A stretch of DNA of 64,000 nt from Raja brachyura (lineage: Eukaryota): assembly GCA_963514005.1 (NCBI GenBank), contig OY740781.1, positions 24,490,001 through 24,554,000 on the forward strand, given 5' to 3'. This document shows positions 11,985 through 22,907 of this stretch, piece by piece. The stretch's first letter is position 1. Every line of letters starts with the position of its first letter. The notes beneath the pieces were generated by a model. The model worked only from the letters and a program-made list of their open reading frames with translations, made no database searches and was not told the origin of the DNA. A program made the position numbers and the translations under genes.

Positions 11985-13447
11985 CATGGCGGCACCTGGT
12001 GAGGAGCCACGCGCAGTGCGAACCCTCGGCTCTGGGGAGAGGAGTCAAGCGTCTCAGTGACGGGCGGTGCAGGTCACAGAGCTCCCCTGTGAGTATATAA
12101 GGTTTCACCTTTCATTCCTGGCTGGACATCTGCGAGTTCCACCACGTTGGTGACCCCAACGTCCAGAATTGTTAGATCTGGAAGAGAAAATGCGCCCCGC
12201 TAATGCCCAACGTTCCATTGCTGTCGACCAGGTGGAGTGAACGCCGTTGCCTTGAAATTACCAACCTTCTGGACCTCGCAGCTGCAGGTATGGTTACGGC
12301 AGGTCGAGTCCCAATTTCATATCCGCGGGGTAACGGTCGACGAGACCAGTTATCACTACATCGTGAGCGTGCTCGACCAGGAAATGGTCTGTCGCGTGGT
12401 GCCGCACCTGGACAATCTGCCGGCGGTGAATAAATATGAAGGCCTCAAGGAGCTGCTACTCCGTACCTTCGGGTTCAGCCGCCTGGAGCGACTGGTGCGG
12501 ATCCTGGAAATGGGAGGGGTCGGCGACCAGAAGCCCTCATGAGTGAGATGCTCACGCTCATGGGCAGCCACCAGCCCTGCTTACTTTTCGAATACACGTT
12601 CCTCCAGCAGATGCCGCATGACATCCGCCTGCCACTCTCAGGGGCGAGCTTTGACGACCACGCAGGCCTGCCAACGCTTAATGAACACCGTGGTCGCGGG
12701 CTTGACTTCCTATACATCTACTTGGATGACATCCTCGTGGCGAGTATTGTTGGGATGGTAACTTTCTATCACCGATTCGTGCCAGCGGCGGCTAGAATAA
12801 TGCGGCTGCTCTTCCAGTTGTTGACTGGTAGGCGCCGGGAAGTACATCATGGGGTGGCTCCATTCCATGTGCCACCGGTGCTCGAGGACAGGTCGCCCTT
12901 GCAGTGCCTATATGAGGATCCCTTTCGAGAGCTGCGGCACGGGCCCACGGCTTTTGTTTTGGACATGGGCCGTAAGAAACTGTGTCTGTGGCTCGATTGA
13001 AGGTGGCCCATTTGGACCTGACCGAGCCAGTACAAGATGGCTCAACTTCGCCGTCGGGGGCATCCGCCGTCCCTGGTTCCCCTGAATTCTTCCAAACCGG
13101 GTGGTTCCCCTGTGCATGGGGACATATGTAAGAGATCTGGCCGCCTCGTTCAGCGTCCCGTCCGTTTCGGCGCCTCTGGTTCGGGGGGGGGGGGGGGGGT
13201 CATGTGGGGGCACCTGATGTGGTGAGCCACGCGGAGTGTGAACCCTCGGCTCTGGAGGGGGGAATCAAGTGTCTCGATGACGGGAGATGCAGGTCACCGG
13301 GCTCCCCTGGAAGTATATAGGTCGGGCAATGCCCATGCCCGGGTGAAGGAGTAAGGAGCTGTACTGTGAGAACCATTAAAGACCGATTGATTACACACAT
13401 TTTGTGTCCGTTTTATTCCTGGCTGGACATCTGCGAGTCCCGCCGCA
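11985..13447 (+). mobile_element. Internally deleted Gypsy/Ty3 LTR retrotransposon
   Basis: Two related LTRs (~11985-12146; 13203-13447, TG..CA). PBS TGGTGACCCCAACGT at 12148 (tRNA-Trp type) and poly-G PPT at 13182-13199. Remnants of gag (KLPTFW..QVESQF), RT (YIYLDDILVAS; GMVTFYHRFVP) and the integrase C-terminus. Confidence 0.9.
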
Positions 13448-13471
13448 ATATAATATATATACATATATATA

Positions 13472-13910
13472 CTAGACCAGTGGGAGTCACTGTCACACAG
13501 GAGGGCTGGTCCGTGAACGCAATATTCCATCACTCGCCCAGAGCTCCGAGCAGGCTGGCTGACGGGTTCCCGTTGTGACGCGCGTCACGGCAACTCTCCC
13601 CAAGTGCTCCTCGCCATCCTTCTTCCTACCACTATCCTCCTCCATTCCCCCTCCTCTTCACCCTCCTTTCCCCTTTTCTCCTCTACTCCTTCACCTCTCC
13701 CTCCCTCTCCTTTCCTCCACCCTCAGTCACTCCCTCCCTCCCTCCCTCCTTGTAAAATATATCATCTGTCTGAACAAAACTTGCAACAGTATACCACAGG
13801 ACAATGGTGAGTAATGTAGCGCTATCGTGTACCGTTTTGGCGTAATTTCAGGATCACAATCCTCACAGACAGACATAGAAACAAACAAGATGAGAGTTTT
13901 AGTGATATTT
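13472..13910 (-). mobile_element. Non-autonomous Helitron unit 2
   Basis: CTAG terminus at 13472; AAGATGAGAGTTTTAGT 5'-end motif at ~13900. Confidence 0.7.
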
Positions 13911-13930
13911 GTTTATTATATATATTTATA

Positions 13931-14575
13931 CTGGACCAAGTGGGACCCGTTGGGTCCCTGTCACACTGAGGCCTGGTCCCTCAACGCAACCCATTCCCCC
14001 AACACAATATTCCACCACTCACCCATAGCCCCCATGGGAGGCCTGGTCCCCCAACGCAGCCCGTTCCCCAAGGCAATATTCCACCACTCAACTGTTTCCT
14101 CAACACAACCCGTTACCCCAACGCAATATTCCACCACTCATCCATAGCCCCCAACTGCGCAGGGGCTGCTCATTTTGCCATATTCACCATCCTCATTTTA
14201 AACTTTAAAACAAATACAGTGTATTGTAACTTTAAGAAAAATGCATTTGCACCTGTTAGAGCTAGCAGGACTCCGTGCACTTGGATAGCAACAATGTTGC
14301 GAGCAGGGCTACAATCACATTGTGACGTCATAGCTGTAAGCCCAGGGAAGATGTTTTTCTCAAATTGGGGTTTTGTAAATCTAACAATGTCAATAACTTG
14401 TGAAATGTAACATAAATCTGAACGAAACTTGACACAAAACAACCACAGGACACTTATGAATAAGGTGGTGCAAACATTTTAGCACTATCGTGTATCGTTT
14501 TGGCATAATTTCAGGATCACATGGGATAACAAACAGATAGATAGAAACAAACAAGATGAGAGTTTTAGTAATATA
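13931..14575 (-). mobile_element. Non-autonomous Helitron unit 3
   Basis: CTGGACCAAGTGGGACCCGTTGGGTCCC terminus; its 5' motif abuts unit 4. Confidence 0.75.
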
Positions 14576-15866
14576 CTAGACTAAGTGGGACCCGTTGGGT
14601 CCCAGCATCACACAGGAGGGCTGGTCCCCCAACGCAATATTCCACCTCCACCAATTCCAATATTGGTGGCCAGTTTGGGGGGTTGGCCCTTCTGGAGCGC
14701 TAGTATGGGTGTTGTGGGCTGAAGGGACTGGTTTCCAGAGGGCTAGTATGGACATTGTGGGCCAAATGGATTATTGGGCTGGCGTCTCAGTCACTCAAGC
14801 CTGTTGTCCTGGCAGCTCACTTGCTCATGGCTGGTGGGCTGGCAGTTGACTCACGGCTATTCCTTGAAATTTCATTTCAAGCAGGTTACAAGGCCGCCAA
14901 ATTCAAGTGCAGTTTCATACCACTTCAAGCAGTATACAAGGCGACCAAATTCAAGTGCAGTTTCATGCCATTTCAAGCAGGGTGCAAGGCCACTAAAGAC
15001 AGCGAGTCGTGACCTCTTCCTCCTCCATCTTGCAAAGACTGAGCCACGCCCACATTTCTGGGTTTTATAGTCCCTCCCCTCCCACCAGAAGGGGCGTGGC
15101 CTTCATGGATTGATTGACAGGAGAGAGATTCTCAACATTTTTTAAACACTAATAACTCTTTTATTTTTCATTGATGGGAAAAATCCTCGGCACCTGATGA
15201 GCGGACGGGGACTCTGATAAGATGGCCAAAATTCACAGCTGTACGTGGTAGTGTTTTTTCTAAAATCAATATAAAGCGCAAACAGGAAGTGGTCAAGATG
15301 AGACTTTTAATTATATAGTAGGCAAGGCAACTTTAATTAGGCAAGGCAACTTTAATTAGGCAACACACCTTTAGCATTTCCAAACCAAAGGCAACACAGC
15401 TTTAGCATTTCCAAACCAAAGGCAACACAGCTTTAGCATTTCCAAACCAAAGGCAACACCGCTTTAGCATTTACAAACTATATTTTCAAACCACATTAAG
15501 GGCACTGATAGGTCAGTAAAACCACTCACTGAACACATGTGCACTAAACTGTGTTATTCACAGCTCAGACTGAGAGAAGTGACCCTCTAGCTCCCCCATC
15601 TTGCAGAGACTGACTGAGGCACTCAACACAGGTTTTATAGTCCCTCCAGAAGGGGCATGGCCTTCAGGAGAGAGAATCTCAACATGTTTTAAACATGAAT
15701 AACTCTTTTATTTTTCATTGATGGGAAAAATTCTCTTGTCCTGCGCAGCGGAGGGGGACTCTGAGTAAGATGGACAAAAATCACAGCCGTAAGTGGCAGT
15801 GTTTTTTCTAAAATCAATATACAGAACAACAGGAAGTGGTCAAGATCAGACTTTTAGTAATATAGA
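14576..15866 (-). mobile_element. Non-autonomous Helitron unit 4, with internal duplication and minisatellites
   Basis: Minus strand reads A|TCTATATTACTAAAAG ... GGGACCCAACGGGTCCC..CTAG|T, the canonical TC..CTAG ends between A and T. A ~300-bp block is duplicated (~15010-15315 vs ~15580-15860); ~19-bp and ~31-bp tandem repeats at 15320-15480. Confidence 0.8.
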
Positions 15867-16120
15867 TATTATATATATATAGATATAGCTGTATATAGAT
15901 ATAAATATATGTATATATATAAATATGTAGATATTTATCCCCAACACAATATTCCACCACTGACCCAGCGCCTCCAACTGGGCGGGCACGGCTGACTGGT
16001 TCCTGTTGTGACGCCAGATATCCCCGTTGTGACGCACACACACACACACACACTATATATATATACACACACACACACTATATACACACACACACACACA
16101 CACGCACACACACGCACACA

Positions 16121-16695
16121 CTAGACCAACTGGGACCTATTGGATCCCTGTCACACGGGAGGCCTGGTCCCCCAACGCAACCCGTACCCCAACGCAATAT
16201 TGCACCCGTAGCCCCCACGGGAGGCGTCGTACCCCAACTCAACCCGTTGCTCAATGTAAGATTCCAGCACTCCCCTGCCTCCCTCAGCAGTGGACTTAAA
16301 AAAAAATCTAATTGTATTTCCCCTGGCTGCCGCAGCAGTTCCAATTGCAATACCAATTCGCGCTCCCCCTCCTGTTGAAGCACTTGCTGCGATATCCCAT
16401 TGAGGTGAAAAGTTCAGAGTGTTTCTGTCTTCCAACTTTGCATCGAAGTGTGTTGGAAGCTGGCAGGAAGGACTTTAACGGTAAAAATCTTGTTAAAGGT
16501 GGCATTTTTGAAGCTTTAATCATCAATCATGTGAAATATAACATAAAATCTTAAGGGAACCTGATTATGGCGTGGAGGGCAAAAATGTATGTCAGAATAT
16601 GTAAAAGTGTAAGCGCTGGCACATAGCGTTTTGAGGAAGATACAAAACATACACACACATACATACAACACGTGCAAGATTAGACTTTTATAGGT
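16121..16695 (-). mobile_element. Non-autonomous Helitron unit 5
   Basis: CTAGACCAACTGGGACC terminus; CAAGATTAGACTTTTA 5'-end motif. Confidence 0.7.
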
Positions 16696-17368
16696 TTAGC
16701 CCCCACTGGAGGCATGATCCTCCAACTCATGCCGTTCCCAAACGTAGGGTTCCAGCACTCCCCTGCCTCCCTTAGCAGTGGGGTCTAAAAAAAATCCAAT
16801 TGCACTTTCCCTGCGTGTTGCAGTTGCAATTGCAATAGCAATTCCCCCTCCTGTGAGGTGATTTAGCCATTTAGAACGGAGACGAGAAAACACTTTTTCT
16901 CACAGAGAGTGGTGAGTCTGTGGAATTCTCTGCCTCAGAGGGCAGTGGAGGCAGGTTCTCTGGATGCTTTCAAGAGAGAGCTAGATAGGGCTCTTAAAAA
17001 TAGCGGAGTCAGGGGATATGGGGGGGAAGGCAGGAATCCTCAAAACGCTATGTGCCAGCGCTTACACTTTTACATATTCTGACATACATTTTTGCCCTCC
17101 ACGCCATAATCAGGTTCCCTTAAGATTTTATGTTATATTTCACATGATTGATGATTAAAGCTTCAAAAATGCCACCTTTAACAAGATTTTTACCGTTAAA
17201 GTCCTTCCTGCCAGCTTCCAACACACTTCGATGCAAAGTTGGAAGACAGAAACACTCTGAACTTTTCACCTCAATGGGATATCGCAGCAAGTGCTTCAAC
17301 AGGAGGGGGAGCGCGAATTGGTATTGCAATTGGAACTGCTGCGGCAGCCAGGAGAAATACAATTAGAT
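16306..17368. repeat. Near-perfect ~332-bp inverted repeat (16306-16637 vs 17037-17368)
   Basis: The arms differ at one position that I could find; the ORF track gives otherwise identical 80-aa products on opposite strands (MYFPWL vs MYFSWL). Confidence 0.9.
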
Positions 17369-18331
17369 CCAGGGGGCGCTGGACTGTCAGCAGCCTCTGC
17401 CTGCAGCCCGTTTGTTTTTCCACCTTTTTTTTATTTTTAGTTAGTTTAAAGTGTGTTTTTTGGGGAAACTTTAACTTTTTTATGTGGGGGAGGGGGGCAG
17501 GGTAAGGGGGAAACTGTTTCCCAGTCGCTTCCTGGCGGGGACGCGACTATTTCTCCGAGTCGCGTCCTCGCGGCCTACCTCCTGGATCCGAGCGGCCTTT
17601 CCTGCCGGGGACCGGGAACCGGACCAGAGCTGCAACAGCGGCGGCGGCGCTGGAGTCACCACGGAGCGGGCGATGCCTACCTGGGTCGCCGTTGGAGCTC
17701 CGGAGCGTTGGGCCGCCGCTCCAACATCGTGGAGCTCTGGTTTAGAGAGCTCCCAACGCGGGCGGCGCTCACCGTCATCGTGGAGTCCTGGGGCCCTTTG
17801 CCGAGGGCCTCCAGCGTTGTGTCTCCACCTGGCGCGGCCAGTGGACTTTGGGAGCCCCGGACCCCGGTAGGAGGGGGCCGACTCGGGGTCCAGGCAGCTG
17901 AGGACGTCCCCCAGCCCCGACATCGGACTTACATCACCTCGGAGAGCGGGCCTGAACACCGGGCCGCCCGTTGCGGCGACTGCAGGGGGCTCGGGGAGGC
18001 CCCCGACCACGGTGGAACAGCGGGGAACATCAGGGGAAGAGACTGACTTTGGTGCCTTCCCACACAGTAGGACATTTTGACCTGCTGTGGGGGGATGTTT
18101 TATGTTGAATTCTATCTACTCCATGTTGTGTTCTTTTTTTTTAATGTATGGCTGTATGGCGATTTAATTTCGCTGTGCCAATTGGCACAGTGACAAATAA
18201 ATGCATCTCTCATCTCTCATCTCTCATCTCTCTCAACGCAATGTACTGATTGGGGATGATCAGCCATGATCACATTGAATGGTGATGCTGGCTAGAATGG
18301 CCAAATGGCCTACTCCTGCACCTATTGTCTA
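16862..18331 (+). mobile_element. CR1 3' fragment split in two (16862-17036 and 18244-18331)
   Basis: The ..GAAGGCAGGAA | TACTGATTGGGGATGATCAGCC.. junction is nearly contiguous in other CR1 copies such as 25992-26025. Confidence 0.75.
17369..18232 (+). mobile_element. GC-rich non-autonomous retroposon with Rex1-like 3' end
   Basis: Ends with hairpin CTGTGCCAATTGGCACAG, then AATAAA and a (CATCTCT)n tail; related to 19427-19920. Confidence 0.6.
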
Positions 18332-18624
18332 GTGCAATCTTCAGTGAAGCTGATCACTGTTAGCCAAGCCATTGTGACATCATCAGTCGTTTTAAATTTA
18401 AAGCCTTTTGATTTTTTTAAACTTTTAATCAGTCGAGAATAAGTCGAAAAACAAAGCATAAAATGTTCAGTGAAAGTGATCCCTAGAGGGGAAAAATGTC
18501 AATCCTAATATGTAAAAATGTAATTGTTACCGAGTAGTGTTTTTGCAAAGATGTAGAGACAACCACATATACACACACATATACACACATATACACACGT
18601 GCAAGATCAGACTTTTAATAAGTA

Positions 18625-19330
18625 CTAGACCAAGTGCAGACCTGTTGGGTCTGCTTCTCCAACGTACCCGTACCTTACCCGTAGTCCCTACGGGAGGCAT
18701 GGTCCTCAACTCAAACCGTTCCCTAACATAAGATTCCAGCACTCACCTGCCTCCCTCAGTAGTGGGCGTTAAAAAAAATTCCATTTGCACTTGCTCTGCG
18801 TGTTACAATAGCAAATCTCCCTCCCCCTCCTGTGAGCTGAAAAAGTCAGTGTCCCTGTGTCGTCACTGCAAGCCAAGCTATTGTGACGTCATCAGTTTAA
18901 GCTGGTCATTTTAAATTCAAAGTATTTTGATTTAAAAAAAACTTTAATCAGTAATAAGTCGAGAAATAAAACATAAAATGTTCAGTGAAGGTGGTGTGTG
19001 CCTAGAGGGAAAAAATGTGTATTAGAATATGTAAAAACTTGTGAAAGTTGGCATTTTTAAAGCTTTAATCGTGAATAACGTCAACTATAGGATGAAATCT
19101 TCAGTGTAAGTTGGTCGTTTTAATTTCAGTCTTTTGATGTTTTTAAACTTTTAATCAGTAATAAGTCAAGAAATAAAGCATTAAATGTTCAGTGAAGGTG
19201 ATCTCTCGGCCTCAAGGAGGAAAATGTCAATCAGAATATGTAAAAATGTAATCGTTATCGCGTAGTATTTTTGTGAACATGTAAAGACAACCACATATAC
19301 ACACACATACAAGATTAGACTATTAATAAG
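18625..19330 (-). mobile_element. Non-autonomous Helitron unit 7
   Basis: CTAGACCAAGT-GCAGACC-TGTTG-GGTCTGC terminus (a different stem sequence that still pairs); 5' motif at ~19315. Confidence 0.75.
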
Positions 19331-19389
19331 TATATGATATAGATAGAGATGAATGAATGAATGAATGGTTTATAGATAGAAGATAGAAG

Positions 19390-19420
<31 letters not shown>

Positions 19421-19426
19421 TATTAT

Positions 19427-19920
19427 ATGCCCTACGCGGGGCGCGGACTTAACATCGGAGCGGATCCCTTGCCTGGGATTTCTCCCACTGCGGCCTGCGG
19501 ACTTACCAACAAGGGCTTGCAGTCTCGGGAGAGGCTAGTCGGGAGCTCCAACGCCGCAGAAGGTTCGTCCAGCCCAGACGCGAGGTTCGATCATCCGGCA
19601 CGGGGGAGCTGACATCCCCCCGATGCGGGAGCTGAATGCCTCGACACGGAGGGCCCGAACGCCACCAGCTACGGGAGTCAAGGCCGTCCCGTCGCCAGTC
19701 GGCTCGAGGCCCCCGACCAAGGAAGAACAACAAGGGAAGAACTTGGAACTATAAATTTGCCTTCCATCACAGTGAGGATGTGTAGGAGTCACTGTGATGG
19801 ATGTTTATGTTAAAATGTGTTTTCTGAGTCTGTTGATTTTTTTTTTATTGTATGACTGACCTGGCCAGTGAATTTCACTACACCAATTGGTGTATGTGAC
19901 AATAAATGAACTTATGAACT
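19427..19920 (+). mobile_element. GC-rich non-autonomous retroposon with Rex1-like 3' end, second copy/subfamily
   Basis: Hairpins CCATCACAGTGA..TCACTGTGATGG and TACACCAATTGGTGTA, then AATAAA and a (TGAACTTA)n tail. Confidence 0.6.
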
Positions 19921-20009
19921 TATATATACAAACACACATACTCAAAAAACAAACAATAGTAGTGTAATAGTCTATAGTGGTTCAGCGCTTATTTAAAGTT
20001 GTAGTGTTT

Positions 20010-20215
20010 AATAGTAAGATTAAATGAGAACTTACCAGTTTGAAGTTTGATCTTTATTTTATGAGGAGTTATGATGAGGAATTGCTTCAAAGCAGTGGTG
20101 TGAAATCACAGATACCAAAGTTGACTAACATAGTAAGATAAGAGAGAACTTTATATACCAGTTGACCTTTATAATAGAGGGGTTTGGAGCTGAGGGCACA
20201 TAACTCCTCATAAAA
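20010..20215 (-). mobile_element. DIRS1 terminal fragment (3' terminus + start of ICR)
   Basis: Homologous to 32722-32970 (AATAGTAAGATTAAA..TTTTATGAGGAGTTA..TAACTCCTCATAAAAT). Confidence 0.85.
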
Positions 20216-21288
20216 TTAGGGCACATGGTATTTGTGGTAGAGTGCTGACATGGATAGAAAATTGGTTGGAAGACAGGAAACAAAGAGTAGGGATTAACAG
20301 ATCCCTTTCAGAATGGCATGCAGTGACTAGAGGGGTACTGCAATGGCTCGGTGCTGGGGCCGCAGCTATTTACAATATATATTAATGATTTAGATGAAGG
20401 GACTACAAGTAACATTATCAAATTTGCAGATGACACAAAGCTGGGTGGCAGTGTGAACTGTGAGGAGGATGCTATGAGAATGCAGGGTGACATGGACAGG
20501 TTGGGTGAGTGGGCAGATGCAGTTTAATGTGGATAAATGTGAGGTTATCCACTTTGGTAGCAAAAACAGGAAGGCAGATTATTATCTAAATGGTGTCAAG
20601 TTGGGAAAAGCGGAAGTGCAACGGGATCTGTGGGTCCTTGTTCATCAGTGAATGAAAGTAAGCATGCAGTTATAGCAGGCAGTGAAGAAAGCGAATGGCA
20701 TGTTGGCCTTCATAACAAGAGAACTCCTAGGTATAGGAGCAAAGAGGTCATTCTGCACTTGTACAGGGCCCTATTGTGTGCAGTTTTGGTTTATAAATTT
20801 GAGGAAGGACGCTCTTGGTATTGAGGGAGTGCAGCTTAGATTCACTAGGTTAATTCCCAGGATGGCAGGACTGTTATGCGGAGAGAATGTTGCAGCTGTG
20901 CTTGTATACTCTGGAATTTAGAAGGATGAGAGGGAATCTTATTGAAACATATAAGATTATTAAGGATTTGGACATGCTAGAGGGAGGAGACATGTTCCTG
21001 GTGTTGGGTGAGTCCAGAATCAGGGTCCACAGTTTAAGAATAAGGGAAGCCATTTAGAACGTTGATGAGAACTCACACAGAGAGTTGTAAGTCTGTGGAA
21101 TTCTCTGCCTCATAGGACGGTAAAGGCCGATTCTCTGGATACTTTCAAGAGAGAGCTGCATAGGGCTCTTGAAGGTAGCGCGGTCAGAGGATATAGGGAG
21201 AAGGCAGGAACGGGGTACAGATTGTGGATGATCAGCCATGATCACATTGAATGAAGGTGCTGGCTTGAAAGGCACATACTGTCTATTG
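20216..21288 (+). mobile_element. CR1 LINE, 5'-truncated (RT C-terminal half + 3' tail)
   Basis: GSVLGPQLFTIYINDLD..KFADDTKLGG read on the + strand, followed by the CR1 tail. Confidence 0.9.
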
Positions 21289-22030
21289 TGGAGGAGAAGA
21301 GCAGCAGGCGTAAGAAAAGAAACTGTAGTTCCCCTCCAAGTACTGTCCTGATTTGGAAATATAATACCATTGCTTCATTGTTGCTGGATTCAAACTCTGG
21401 AATTTCCTTACTACTTAATTGTGGGGCTACCTTCTGCAAAAGCGCTGTATTGGCTCAAAAAAGCAACTTCTCAAGGGTAATTGTGGATCCAAGAAATACC
21501 GGCAATACCCTATAGATATAAAAGTTCATTGACAGTATTCATTCTTCACAATATGGGAAGGGCTCTGAATTGATGCTATTGGGACTACAGTTTATTGGGA
21601 GATGTATGGGAATGGTGGCCTCGCCAATTTTCGGTATATAGGCGTAAAATGAGAAGATTTAGGGAAGGGAGATGTATTAAGAAAGGCAGGACCATCTAAA
21701 AAAACATTGATTCCATTCATGGAAGAAGACAGAACAATATTAGGAAAATCATTTGCATGGACATGAAAGGTTTAGAGGGATATGGGCCAAACGCGGTGTG
21801 GTGGGACTAATCTGGTCGGGGCACCTTGGTCGGCATGGGCATGTTGGGCCGAATGGTCTGTTTCCGTGCTGTATGACTCTATGATTCTAAGATATGGGGT
21901 TGGAAATTAAATTGTGATGCATAAGCAGCAGTATGAGATTATTTGATTACGTATGTGGATTGTGACTGTAAAACAAAAGTCATGTGCATAATGTTCGCAC
22001 ACAAAAGACAGATACTAAAGGCTGGAGTAA

Positions 22031-22510
22031 AGGGCCTGTCCCACTTGCATGCGATTGCATGCGTTTGGCGCGACCAACCGGAAGCGGAGGTTGCGCTAAG
22101 TTTGTGCGTGACGTCATTTACGTCATGCTTACAAAGCAGCTGGGCAGGAGGCGGGCCGACTGAATTTGGGCATTGCACGGCATCGGGCGGTGACGTCATC
22201 ACGCCACGCTGGGCGGTGACATCATCATGCCACGCGCTAGGCGTACGCCGTCAAGACGCTGTGTACGACATCAAGACGCTGCGTACGACCACAATGCGCC
22301 TGCGTGCGTACATGGGCCGGTACATGGGCGCGCAAAGATTTCGGCCACTACAAGAATTTCGGAGCCCCTCGCGATATCGGGATCAGCCCCGCACAACTCC
22401 GCGCTTCTAAGTGGGACCAGCCCCGCGCGGCCATACGGTGCCCGTACGCCTCAAACGACCACGAGGTTGCGTAATTTGCGAGCCAAGGTCGCGTAATTGG
22501 GACAGGCCCT
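22031..22510. mobile_element. PIF/Harbinger-type MITE inserted in a Penelope pseudo-LTR
   Basis: TIR AGGGCCTGTCCCA../..TGGGACAGGCCCT with TAA TSD. Removing it restores GCTGGAGTAACTCA, seen intact in other pseudo-LTR copies. Confidence 0.9.
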
Positions 22511-22907
22511 TAACTCACTGGTTCAAGCAGCATCTCTTGAGAAAATGGACAAGTGACATTCCAGGTGGGGGCTCTTCTTCAATCTTTGGAAAGCATGGTG
22601 GCACAACGGCAGAGTTGCTGTACAGCGCCAGAGACCTGGGTTTGATCGTGACAACATTTGCTGTTTGTACTTTTGAAAATTTCATTGCAGAAATTTCATT
22701 GCAGAATTTCACCTTTGGATTTGTGTTCAATAATTTCCTTATGAGGTGCAAAGTCAAGTTATCTGATCACCCTAGGTATAGTAATGTATTAATATATAAT
22801 TCATTAGCTTTTTTCTGCTTTGCTTGACAGTGCGTTAAGCCAAACTTGTCATCTTGTGATTTAATTTGGATCATACAGAGAGATATAAATTATAAATTGT
22901 AATAAAT

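Larger units (their letters stand above)
16698..18622 (-). mobile_element. Helitron unit 6, split (16698-16857 and 18331-18622) by nested insertions
   Basis: Both halves are collinear with the uninterrupted unit at 18625-19330. Confidence 0.6.

Noticed and set aside
15320-15480. CRISPR-like ~31-bp repeats
   Set aside because: Head-to-tail with no spacers, no cas genes, vertebrate context.
17148-18046. Several ORFs of 72-197 aa
   Set aside because: They cross repeat boundaries or lie in GC-rich retroposon sequence; no domains.
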